Positions 1-7,289 are shown, counted from the stretch's first letter. The stretch: 44,292 nucleotides of DNA from Blastocatellia bacterium (GCA_031423535.1 JANPFS010000166.1:1-44292), one strand, 5' to 3'. Made by a program: numbers and translations. The notes: generated by a model not told the origin, from the sequence alone.

Positions 1-524
1 CTTAATCCTGACGTGATGGAGAACAAAAATAGTGCGTAATCACGCAGGCCAATCAAATTCCCAGGCTTAGCATGGGACTGGATCGTTCGATGCAGCGCTG
101 CAAGGTCATCATCGGTCAACGATTTTACGGATCGGCTCTGATATGGTTTGGGTGCCTTGGATCGCGCCAGATTGACTGGATTATAGCGGATGAGGTTTGC
201 CAGCAACGGCTCCTTCATCGCCCAGTTGAAAAAGGACGATAAAAACGAGAGGTTATTGTAGATGGTGGTCGGGCTGAGATGATGTTCTTCCATTGCTTGC
301 CGCCAGTCGCGAACATCCTCCGGCGTTACCTGTGCCATCGCCTTCCCCGCATAAGCAAAGAACTTAACGACAGCCGTTCGCTTGATACGGAGCAGATCGC
401 GCAAGCGGAGACTGGTTGGATCACTGACTGCCTCGGCCCAGAAGGTGATCGCCTGTGCGGTCTCAGGCTCATTGGTGCGGGCTAGATTGTTAACTGGCGC
501 GAGAAGTTTGCTTGCGGGTTCCAT
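1..524 (-). CDS. tyrosine recombinase / integrase, N-terminal portion (gene runs off the left edge)
   Basis: Edge-truncated, so absent from the ORF track. Hand translation of the minus strand from ATG 524-522 stays open to base 1: MEPASKLL...TPEDVRDWRQAMEEHHLSPTTIYNNLSFLSSFFNWAM...LTDDDLAALHRTIQSH...LRDYALFLFSITSGL. This is a SAM-like core-binding domain followed by the start of the catalytic domain. Confidence 0.7.
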   Translation of the reverse strand, partial: MEPASKLLAPVNNLARTNEPETAQAITFWAEAVSDPTSLRLRDLLRIKRTAVVKFFAYAGKAMAQVTPEDVRDWRQAMEEHHLSPTTIYNNLSFLSSFFNWAMKEPLLANLIRYNPVNLARSKAPKPYQSRSVKSLTDDDLAALHRTIQSHAKPGNLIGLRDYALFLFSITSGL

Positions 525-594
525 GGGGTGCATCTTAGCATAATAGTTGAGTGTGCGAAAATGGCCAACTTGCGCACTCTCAAGTGGTGATTTC

Positions 595-623
595 TTGCAT
601 TCTATCCATACTATGGCTATAAT
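595..623 (+). promoter_or_regulatory. sigma70-like promoter candidate facing ORF 710..1609
   Basis: TTGCAT at 595-600, 17-bp spacer, TATAAT at 618-623. An imperfect inverted repeat TTGAGTGTGCG / CGCACTCTCAA (547-583) lies just upstream in the divergent integrase/ORF710 spacer. Confidence 0.5.
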
Positions 624-709
624 ATCGATCTGTGGAACGTTGGCCTGGCAGCCCCGCTGTTGGCTGACACCCGTTTTCTCTCCTGCTTTTTTAGGTCGAT
701 TTACCAGCT

Positions 710-1609
710 ATGAGTCGAAGACGCACGCGAAAACTTCATCCTCTTGCCAACGCTACGGTTATCCGTACCATCCTCGCCGAAGTCCGAGCGCACTTCCCTG
801 CCCTGCCATTGCAGCGGGATACTACTGTCGTTAAGTTCCTGCGCGCGGCGCTCCATGCGGCATCTCATGAACCTACCTATTCGGGCTTGGGCCGCCCGCC
901 AAAATGGGGTCGTGAAACATCGCTGGAAGCGGCTCGTTTCGTTCAATCCAGTCTGGACCGGCGTACCAATGGCAATCTGTCTTTTACAAGCTTTGTGAAG
1001 CACTACTGTCCGATGCTGGATTTTCCGGCGGATGTTTTGGCATCATTGGAAAGCGGACAGGTCACTGTTTTTGAGGCCGAACTGCTGGCATGCGTCGTCC
1101 CCGGCGCAATTGTTTCAGTCGCGACTGTTTCAGGCGCATCTGTTTCTGGCCGGCTGGAGATTGCCGATGAAAAAGAAGCACGGCAGAAGCGCTCTGAAAT
1201 CCTGATGGCTCATCTGCGCTCCCAGGGAACCAGCGATTCACTCCGGCTCAGGGTTCGACCTGAGATTCTCGGCGCGACGAAAGTAACGCTCAAATCCTTC
1301 GCCCCACAATCATTGGTGACCAACGCTTATACGGTAGCTGATAGACAACAAGAGCTTGATCGTTTTGCCGAGCAAGTTGAGCAAGATGGATCTGTGGCCG
1401 ACTTGCAGCGTGAGATTGATCAATATGCCGAACGCGTGGATCAGGTTGATTATACTTTCCTGTTTGTGGATAGCCTGACGTTTCTGGTCCAAAATATGCT
1501 CAAGGTTGATCTCTCCAAGCTATCCGATACTCACGTTGACGGGCTGCTGGCGAAGCTTGACGAAACAGTTGAAGCCATTCGCGTGGCCGTCGCAAAATCA
1601 AAACGCTAG
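710..1609 (+). CDS. hypothetical protein (299 aa)
   Basis: Long ORF in the track, placed downstream of the promoter candidate. No catalytic motif recognised. Contains the in-frame CAGTCGCGACTG palindrome at 1116-1127 (peptide VSVATVSGASVS). Confidence 0.55.
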   Translation: MSRRRTRKLHPLANATVIRTILAEVRAHFPALPLQRDTTVVKFLRAALHAASHEPTYSGLGRPPKWGRETSLEAARFVQSSLDRRTNGNLSFTSFVKHYCPMLDFPADVLASLESGQVTVFEAELLACVVPGAIVSVATVSGASVSGRLEIADEKEARQKRSEILMAHLRSQGTSDSLRLRVRPEILGATKVTLKSFAPQSLVTNAYTVADRQQELDRFAEQVEQDGSVADLQREIDQYAERVDQVDYTFLFVDSLTFLVQNMLKVDLSKLSDTHVDGLLAKLDETVEAIRVAVAKSKR

Positions 1610-1778
1610 TTCCCTTCCCTGGGCGCGTCGTGATGCTGCTGGTTGTGATTGTGTGATCCGCTTCCGGCTTGGGCGTCAGTAGCTGCTGAAACCACAAGCG
1701 CCCACCCGACACAAAATCATTTTTAGGCGATAAATTTTTCTATTCATTTTCCCGATTTCGTCAACCAACCATGAAATA

Positions 1779-1804
1779 CCTGCATGTAATATATTACATG
1801 CAGG
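1779..1804. promoter_or_regulatory. 26-bp perfect palindrome, operator candidate upstream of parA
   Basis: CCTGCATGTAATATATTACATGCAGG is its own reverse complement. It shares the core TGTAATATATTACA with the second site at 1878-1891. Confidence 0.6.
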
Positions 1805-1818
1805 CGTGCAATTGAGAT

Positions 1819-1847
1819 TTGCATTTATTGGAAAATTGGGATATTAA
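1819..1847 (+). promoter_or_regulatory. par operon promoter candidate
   Basis: TTGCAT at 1819-1824, 17-bp spacer, TATTAA at 1842-1847. Lies between the two palindromic sites and about 60 bp upstream of the parA ATG. Confidence 0.4.
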
Positions 1848-1877
1848 ATCGTATGCAATGAGTTTTGCATAAAACGC

Positions 1878-1891
1878 TGTAATATATTACA
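1878..1891. promoter_or_regulatory. 14-bp palindrome TGTAATATATTACA, second operator copy
   Basis: Perfect palindrome identical to the core of the 1779-1804 site, 19 bp upstream of the parA start. Confidence 0.55.
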
Positions 1892-1909
1892 TGGAAGGAC
1901 AAAACAAAG

Positions 1910-2827
1910 ATGGAAACAGCAATAATCTCAGTTATTAACTTAAAAGGTGGAAGTGGGAAGACGACTTCGACGGCAAACTTAGCGGCTGCGCTAGGACTGA
2001 TGGGTCACAGTGTTATGGTTGTTGATGCTGACCCGCTGGGTAATTTAACGACAAATATTGCTAAGAGCTACCCTGCTGAGCGAAATCTGCTTCGAGCGCT
2101 TGAAGAGAAATTGCCATTAGAAGCTGTAATGGTGGAGACGAATTGTGAGAACGTGTGGTTGGTACCAGGTTCGTCAGGGATCGCATCCTTTGCTAAACTA
2201 CAGGAGCCAGAGCCAAATCGTCATCGGCTTTTTGCGGACTTGTTTAATACGGATATGATACAAAAATTCAGATTCCTGATAATTGATAACTCTATTAGCC
2301 AGAATGCACTGTTGGCCACTGCAATTTTGGCAAGTGATTACTTCTTAGTACCACTGGAGGCTAAAGTTTTCTCAAAGAATGGTCTCAGAGATGTTTTTGG
2401 GTATGCTTACGGGCTGGAGCCAGAATCGCTAGAGTGCCTTGGGTGCTTTGTTGCTAATTTCATGAGTGTGCCCGCACAGGAAAAAATGAGAGAGCAAATC
2501 CAATATATTACGAAGTCTGCTGATGTGCCGTTTTTGGGAGTGCCGGTTCCCTTTTCTCGTTTTGTTGAGACTTCCGTGCAGAACGGGACGAGCTTGTTTG
2601 GGGTGGTAGGGCGACGGCGGACGGACACAGACAGTGTCACACCCAGTTTACGTGAGCAGTACGGTCATAACCCTGCTGCGGCTGCTTATTTGATTTTAGC
2701 AGAAGATGTTGCTAAGCGAAGTAAGGGAAAGCTGCGTGGGTATAAACCGTTGCGCAATAATGGAGCAAGTTCGCTGAAAATGTTGAATTTAGCAATGGAA
2801 GATTTTGGTGAAGACAGTGAGATATAA
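1910..2827 (+). CDS. parA: ParA/Soj-family partition ATPase
   Basis: Deviant Walker A in VINLKGGSGKTTSTANLAAAL, followed by VVDADPLGNLT. Immediately followed by a ParB-like gene. Confidence 0.9.
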   Translation: METAIISVINLKGGSGKTTSTANLAAALGLMGHSVMVVDADPLGNLTTNIAKSYPAERNLLRALEEKLPLEAVMVETNCENVWLVPGSSGIASFAKLQEPEPNRHRLFADLFNTDMIQKFRFLIIDNSISQNALLATAILASDYFLVPLEAKVFSKNGLRDVFGYAYGLEPESLECLGCFVANFMSVPAQEKMREQIQYITKSADVPFLGVPVPFSRFVETSVQNGTSLFGVVGRRRTDTDSVTPSLREQYGHNPAAAAYLILAEDVAKRSKGKLRGYKPLRNNGASSLKMLNLAMEDFGEDSEI

Positions 2828-2829
2828 AT

Positions 2830-3783
2830 ATGAAAGCTAATGTAATTGTTGATAAATTAAAAGAAGAAAGTGAAAAGGACTTAACCGTACTTCTAAGGGC
2901 GAAGTCAAAAAAACAGACAGTGGAACCTGTAGAAATTGTTACCTCTACACGGTTAGAGAAACGGACAAAGCTCGAAATCGCCTTGGCTCACAACAGACCT
3001 GTTGTTATTGAACTGGCTGATATGGTGGTAAAAGGGAATGTCCGCGAAGAAGTGGATGTAAATGGTAAAGATTTTCGTAATTTAGTGAATTCAATAAAGG
3101 AAAATGGACTGGAACAGTCACTCCTCCTGGCATATAAATCTGTCGGAGAGTCCGACTATGAGTTAATTGTTGCTTGTGGGCAACGGCGTAAACTGGCTTT
3201 AGAGGAATTAGGCGTTGAAAAGGCTCCCTGTCTTTTGAAGCGATATACTACCGATGTGGCAATGATCTCGTGGGGGTTGGAGGAAAACTTAAACCGCAAA
3301 GATCTTCACTTTTTAGATTTAGGGAAAGCGTATGCTGATTTGAATACAGCGGGTCTGAGTCAGATGGAGATTGCTATGAGGTGGGAAGATGTCACTGGTC
3401 ATGGCACAAACATGATTTCACGAGCAATCACATCTTCAAAATTCCCTGAACATGTAAAAAGGAAAATAAGAGATAATCCTCGAATTTTTAAGGTTTCGGT
3501 TATCTGTAATCAACTGGCAGCGAATCGTGGAACTAAATATGCTGATGATATGGATTTGGAGGCAGCCGTAAATGATTTGATCCGTGGTGCAGGGCGAGTG
3601 ATACCGCAAACGGATAAGAAATCTATAGATCAAGTCGAAACTGCCATGAATCTTCCAGCGGGATGGTTAAAAGGGAAGGCTAAAGGAGATAGGAGTTCTG
3701 GCAGAGTTTTGATCAAATGGAAGTCGAAAACTGAATTCGAGGAGCTACTTAGAATTTTGAACGGGCCAAAATCGCAATCTTAA
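2830..3783 (+). CDS. parB: ParB-like partition / nuclease-domain protein
   Basis: ParB N-terminal box YELIVACGQRRKLALEELG (GxRR). Starts 2 bp after the parA stop. Confidence 0.8.
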   Translation: MKANVIVDKLKEESEKDLTVLLRAKSKKQTVEPVEIVTSTRLEKRTKLEIALAHNRPVVIELADMVVKGNVREEVDVNGKDFRNLVNSIKENGLEQSLLLAYKSVGESDYELIVACGQRRKLALEELGVEKAPCLLKRYTTDVAMISWGLEENLNRKDLHFLDLGKAYADLNTAGLSQMEIAMRWEDVTGHGTNMISRAITSSKFPEHVKRKIRDNPRIFKVSVICNQLAANRGTKYADDMDLEAAVNDLIRGAGRVIPQTDKKSIDQVETAMNLPAGWLKGKAKGDRSSGRVLIKWKSKTEFEELLRILNGPKSQS

Positions 3784-3854
3784 TTTAGCGATGACGCGCG
3801 ATTGCGACTCGTTGGCATACACTTGGAAACAGAAATCGACTTGTTCCCCTACTG

Positions 3855-3923
3855 GCATTTTACAAGAATTACGCTTAATTCCTCTACCCGCTAGGAGAAT
3901 TAAGCATGGTTCTTGTAAAATGC
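3855..3923. repeat. 69-bp imperfect inverted repeat (long hairpin or cruciform) just downstream of parB
   Basis: The outer arms GCATTTTACAAGAA (3855-3868) and TTCTTGTAAAATGC (3910-3923) are perfect complements. The inner arms GCTTAATTC (3873-3881) and GAATTAAGC (3897-3905) also pair. The right arm covers the ATG at 3920. Confidence 0.75.
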
Positions 3924-3928
3924 TTGTC

Positions 3929-4753
3929 ATGACTACTCCATTCTCTATTAGTCCGCTACCATCATCTCTATATCTGACCCCAAGCTTGAAAGCTGCTCTC
4001 CATAAGACGAATTATGTGATCCAAAATCGTCAGGGGCTCGCTTGTCTGCTTGGAGATGCAGGCATGGGGAAATCTTCAATGCTGCGACGTCTTGAAGGGG
4101 ATTTAAGCGCGACCGAAGATGTGAAGCTTGCCTTCATTCCCGACCCAGAAGTTTCGAGCACGTATGCTTTTATCCGTTCCCTTTGTGAGTATTACGATAT
4201 CCCCGCAAAACGTTCGACCCACGCCCAGAAAGAGGCATTTAAGGATTTCGTTTTTCGACAGGCTTCGGATGGCTACAATGTGGTGCTATTACTAGATGAA
4301 GCCCAAGGATTATCGAACGAAATGTTTGAAATGATTCGCTCGTTTCTAAACTATGAATCGAATTCCGCCAAGCTCCTTCAGATTATTCTCGCAGGTCAAC
4401 TAGAGCTTCGGGACAAGTTAAAAGCCAATCGCCCGATCCGCTCGCGGGTGATTATGTATTCACTGCTTGACTCGCTCAGCTTAGAAGAGATGCGCGCGAT
4501 GCTCGCTCATCGGTGCGGATTGCAGGGCATCCCAGTTCCCTTCTCGGCTGAGGGATTAGTGAGAATCTATGAATGGAGCGCTGGAATCCCACGAGACATA
4601 TTGCGCGTGTGCGCGAATGCGTGGGAGTTGGCACGGTTATATGAGATGGAGATCGTCTCGATCGAGTTAATCGTAGCCGCCATCGGCCAGGAAGAACGCG
4701 CAATGGAAGAGGAGGATGAAGATGTCGAAATCAGCGAAGCTGCTACATCTTGA
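3929..4753 (+). CDS. AAA+ ATPase, ExeA/GspA/TniB-like (AAA_22-type)
   Basis: Walker A in LLGDAGMGKSSMLRRL and Walker B in VVLLLDEAQGLS, followed by LLQIILAGQLELRDKL. The start is trimmed from the track start 3791 to the ATG at 3929 (3920 is also possible), because the upstream part lies in the inverted repeat. Confidence 0.7.
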   Translation: MTTPFSISPLPSSLYLTPSLKAALHKTNYVIQNRQGLACLLGDAGMGKSSMLRRLEGDLSATEDVKLAFIPDPEVSSTYAFIRSLCEYYDIPAKRSTHAQKEAFKDFVFRQASDGYNVVLLLDEAQGLSNEMFEMIRSFLNYESNSAKLLQIILAGQLELRDKLKANRPIRSRVIMYSLLDSLSLEEMRAMLAHRCGLQGIPVPFSAEGLVRIYEWSAGIPRDILRVCANAWELARLYEMEIVSIELIVAAIGQEERAMEEEDEDVEISEAATS

Positions 4754-5594
4754 CCCGTTTGCTGCTGCTCTTACTCGGAAGGAGCGAGAGAGTAGGGAAA
4801 ACCTAGAAGTATCTTCCTTGTCCTCTGATGCGCCTGCAACAACTGCGGGAGGCCGTAATAACGCTACATGGGAGGCCATTTCACAAAAAACGGGAGGCCA
4901 AGATAACTTATTACGGGAAGACGCTGATTTTAATACGGGAGGCCATTCCATGACAATTGCGGCCCCCCGACAATCAGGTGCGGGAGGAAATCTTCCCGCA
5001 CACAAGTCAGGTGCGGGAGGAAATCTTCCTGCAAAAAAAAAGTACGGGAAGCTACAAAAAGAGAGTGTGGGAGGCCAGAGAAAAGACCGCCGCCCAGAGG
5101 ATCATAAAAAGCTTAGCCTTTGGTTCCCTCGCGTTAAAATCTCTGAATGGAAGAAGTTTTGCGAAGATGCAGAACTTACTCTGACGAGTTTTCTCGACAT
5201 TGCGGCCTCCCGCTTAATGGAAAGCGCGGCCTCCCAGTTAGAACAAAATGCGGGAGGAAATCCTCCCCATGATGAACTGATGACTAATTTTTGGAGAACG
5301 CATGATGACATTAGGCTGCTGTATTGCGATATAACGGGGAATAAATGGAAAAGCGAAGATGACCGCGCAGCCGCAACATACAACGGCCTCGATCGGCGAA
5401 TTCTGGAAATCGGAATTCTCACCACGGCGATTCGCTTCAAGGGAAAAAAGATTAACTCGTTTAAGTATTTCATGGACGAGATCGAATTGACGATGGATGA
5501 GATCAAAGAAAGTCGAATGGGCGACGAGGCACTAAGTGCTATGCTCTTTAGTCGTCGGACGTGGTGGCAGAAAAAGAGGGAAGGAAAGCTGTAG
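4722..5594 (+). CDS. hypothetical protein carrying internal GGGAGG(C/A) DNA repeats; possible replication or DNA-binding function
   Basis: ORF track 4716..5594. AGGAGG at 4710-4715 abuts the ATG at 4716 and is 6 nt from the ATG at 4722, so 4722 is preferred. The C-terminal part (ILEIGILTTAIRFKGKKINSFKYFMDEI) is vaguely DnaD/replisome-organiser-like, but this is a weak impression only. Confidence 0.55.
   Translation: MSKSAKLLHLDPFAAALTRKERESRENLEVSSLSSDAPATTAGGRNNATWEAISQKTGGQDNLLREDADFNTGGHSMTIAAPRQSGAGGNLPAHKSGAGGNLPAKKKYGKLQKESVGGQRKDRRPEDHKKLSLWFPRVKISEWKKFCEDAELTLTSFLDIAASRLMESAASQLEQNAGGNPPHDELMTNFWRTHDDIRLLYCDITGNKWKSEDDRAAATYNGLDRRILEIGILTTAIRFKGKKINSFKYFMDEIELTMDEIKESRMGDEALSAMLFSRRTWWQKKREGKL
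4847..5259. repeat. array of about 10 GGGAGGCC / GGGAGGAA octamers (8 forward, 2 inverted) inside the CDS
   Basis: GGGAGGCC occurs at 4847, 4870, 4892, 4937 and 5069. GGGAGGAA occurs at 4982, 5015 and 5252. The inverted form GGCCTCCC occurs at 5204 and 5228. A 23-bp direct repeat TCAGGTGCGGGAGGAAATCTTCC occurs at 4974-4996 and 5007-5029. Confidence 0.85.
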
Positions 5595-5783
5595 CGGTTG
5601 CCAAAGATTCTTCATCGAAACCTCATATTCACTTTTCCTGGAAATTTCGCAATGGTTTAATGTGAATCTATCGTTCCAACTGTTCCAACCCGGAGACTGA
5701 ATCGCAAGTTTGGAACCAATCTTGCTGTGCCAAATCCCTCACTACAAATCTGAAAATTTCAGTAACAAGGAAGGGAATCAAGT

Positions 5784-6020
5784 ATGAATAGAGCAGATGA
5801 TTGGATGACACCATCAGGCATCGCAGAGTTCTCCTATTGCGAAAAAGCCTGGGATTTGAAGCGATGTGGGCAAGCAGCGCCTGTCACGAAGGAAATGAAA
5901 CGCGGCATTCAGAAACACCAACAGAAGGCGATAGCAGTGGGAGCCTCTTCGATGCTGTTTGGGGCGGCAGCAATCGCCGGATTGATATTATTGGCGGTAT
6001 TTTTTCTGAGGTCACTATGA
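5784..6020 (+). CDS. Cas4-like nuclease, N-terminal piece (first cluster Cys plus a TM helix)
   Basis: SGIAEFSYCEKAW carries the N-terminal Cys expected for a Cas4/DUF83 4Fe-4S cluster. It ends in the hydrophobic stretch MLFGAAAIAGLILLAVFFL. The TGA stop at 6018-6020 overlaps the ATG at 6017-6019 of the next piece. Confidence 0.6.
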   Translation: MNRADDWMTPSGIAEFSYCEKAWDLKRCGQAAPVTKEMKRGIQKHQQKAIAVGASSMLFGAAAIAGLILLAVFFLRSL

Positions 6021-6508
6021 TCTGGCTATTTTGTCTTGTGATCCTGGCGCTCATCGTGGCTTTGTTGCTCCGCTGGAACTCCGGCGTTGGATTTTGGGTC
6101 ACTTATGCAGACCGAGGCCGCAATGAGGAACTATTCGTGTCCAGAGCGCACCGTCTACGCGGCAAGCCGGACTTTGTCGAACGTAGCAGCAGTGGGTTTG
6201 TGCCAGTTGAGTACAAATCCCATCGCGGAAAACTTCATCAAGCCTTTCGCAACCACGTCATTCAGGTTTTGGCCTACTGCTTTTTGCTCGAAGATGTTTA
6301 CGGCCCAGGCAAAGTGACCAAAGGACGTGTTGTTTATGATGAAGCTTCTTTCGATGTGCCATTTCGCGATAAAGAGCGCGTTGAAATTGCGCGCATTATG
6401 AGCCGAATGAGAATGATGGTGCGAGGACGCGCGAAACGAACGCATACCGAAGCAGGGAAGTGCCGGAGCTGCGCCTTCCAGAAACAATGTGACCAAAGTT
6501 TAGTATGA
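6017..6508 (+). CDS. Cas4-like PD-(D/E)XK nuclease core (RecB-fold, DUF83-type), C-terminal piece
   Basis: Starts with the TM helix MIWLFCLVILALIVALLL. Followed by LRGKPDFV (motif II Asp), VPVEYKS (ExK), IQVLAY (QxxxY) and C-terminal CRSCAFQKQC (CX2CX5C). The track ORF starts at 5801, but its upstream part overlaps the first piece in another frame. Confidence 0.75.
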   Translation: MIWLFCLVILALIVALLLRWNSGVGFWVTYADRGRNEELFVSRAHRLRGKPDFVERSSSGFVPVEYKSHRGKLHQAFRNHVIQVLAYCFLLEDVYGPGKVTKGRVVYDEASFDVPFRDKERVEIARIMSRMRMMVRGRAKRTHTEAGKCRSCAFQKQCDQSLV

Positions 6509-6728
6509 GGTTGGCTGAGAAATGAGCTGTGCGCCCTGGAAATGACCCGGTGATTGGATGTTTGGAGATGTTTGGAGGGAATTATGGTGGGTGACGCTAG
6601 GTTTTGGAACTGCCTGTGCAATTGGGGATGATCATTTGCAGATTTCGATGCAAGCGGTGTACCATGCTGAAGGCTTTTTGACAGGAACGGTTGGTGATTC
6701 CTGGCTGAAATCGCAAAATTACGACCAA

Positions 6729-6804
6729 TTGGTCGCCTATTTTGGGATGATTTTTGGATGGAAAATATGAGAGACAATCCAGGTCAAAAAAGAGCGATTT
6801 TAGC
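6729..6804. repeat. 76-bp direct repeat R1, copy 1
   Basis: TTGGTCGCCTATTTTGGGATGATTTTTGGATGGAAAATATGAG...AGGTCAAAAAAGAGCGATTTTAGC recurs at 7108-7183, an offset of 379 bp. The copies differ by one mismatch plus a 9-bp variable patch. Confidence 0.9.
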
Positions 6805-6816
6805 TAAAAATACCAG

Positions 6817-6941
6817 TGTTAGTTTTTTTTACAGTTACTGTGTAAGAAACTAACATGTTGTAAAAAAAGTTAACACATGTTGTTAGCTTTTTATACAGCA
6901 ATTGTATAAAAAGTTAACAATGTGTGTAATAAAAATTAACA
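6817..6941. repeat. six copies of a 15-17-bp motif TGTAwwAAAAnyTAACA in mixed orientation, about 22-bp phasing
   Basis: Copies lie at 6817-6833 (inverted), 6841-6855, 6859-6875, 6881-6897 (inverted), 6903-6919 and 6925-6941. Examples are TGTAAAAAAAGTTAACA, TGTATAAAAAGTTAACA and TGTAATAAAAATTAACA. The context is AT-rich and non-coding. Confidence 0.85.
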
Positions 6942-6978
6942 GTGATATTTGCCGAAAACCAGGGTAAAAAGCACACCC

Positions 6979-7107
6979 AAATCACACTCCACTCAGCAAC
7001 GAAAGCGCCTCGAACTCAGTAGGCGGCATATCGAAGATATATTCATAAATACCTTTGCCGGTTGGCGCGTCTTTGAGGAGGAAATCTTTGTTGATTCGCC
7101 CCGCGTA
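6979..7107 (-). pseudogene. duplicated 3-prime fragment (last ~42 codons) of gene 7362..7730
   Basis: 129 bp at 6979-7107 match 7359-7487 with one mismatch (7090 G vs 7470 A). The copy has no upstream coding continuation. Confidence 0.8.
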
Positions 7108-7183
7108 TTGGCCGCCTATTTTGGGATGATTTTTGGATGGAAAATATGAGCGAAGATTTAGGTCAAAAAAGAGCGATTTTAGC
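7108..7183. repeat. 76-bp direct repeat R1, copy 2
   Basis: See 6729-6804. It directly abuts the duplicated gene fragment. Confidence 0.9.
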
Positions 7184-7190
7184 GAATCCC

Positions 7191-7289
7191 ATTTTGAAAA
7201 TTTTGAAAATATCGCTCAAAAGCGTTGCAAATTTTGAAAATATCGAGTAAATATCGCTCAATATTTGCAATATCGCTCAATATTTGCAA
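7191..7289. repeat. short tandem and dispersed repeats (TTTTGAAAATATCG twice; 19-bp perfect tandem TATCGCTCAATATTTGCAA twice)
   Basis: TTTTGAAAATATCG occurs at 7201-7214 and 7232-7245. The 19-mer occurs at 7252-7270 and again, immediately following, at 7271-7289. A related ATATCGCTCAAAAGCGTTGCAA lies at 7209-7230. Confidence 0.85.

Noticed and set aside
5801-6016. N-terminal 72 aa of track ORF 5801..6508
   Set aside because: This stretch overlaps ORF 5784..6020 in another frame. That ORF carries the expected Cas4 N-terminal Cys motif, so this frame is judged non-coding upstream of the ATG at 6017.
6558-7149. Two small ORFs (6558..6770 and 6949..7149) ending in the same peptide AYFGMIFGWKI
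   Set aside because: The shared ending is a by-product of DNA repeat R1. The second ORF is also antisense to the duplicated gene tail, and neither has an SD. They are treated as non-coding, although a tiny conserved peptide cannot be fully excluded.
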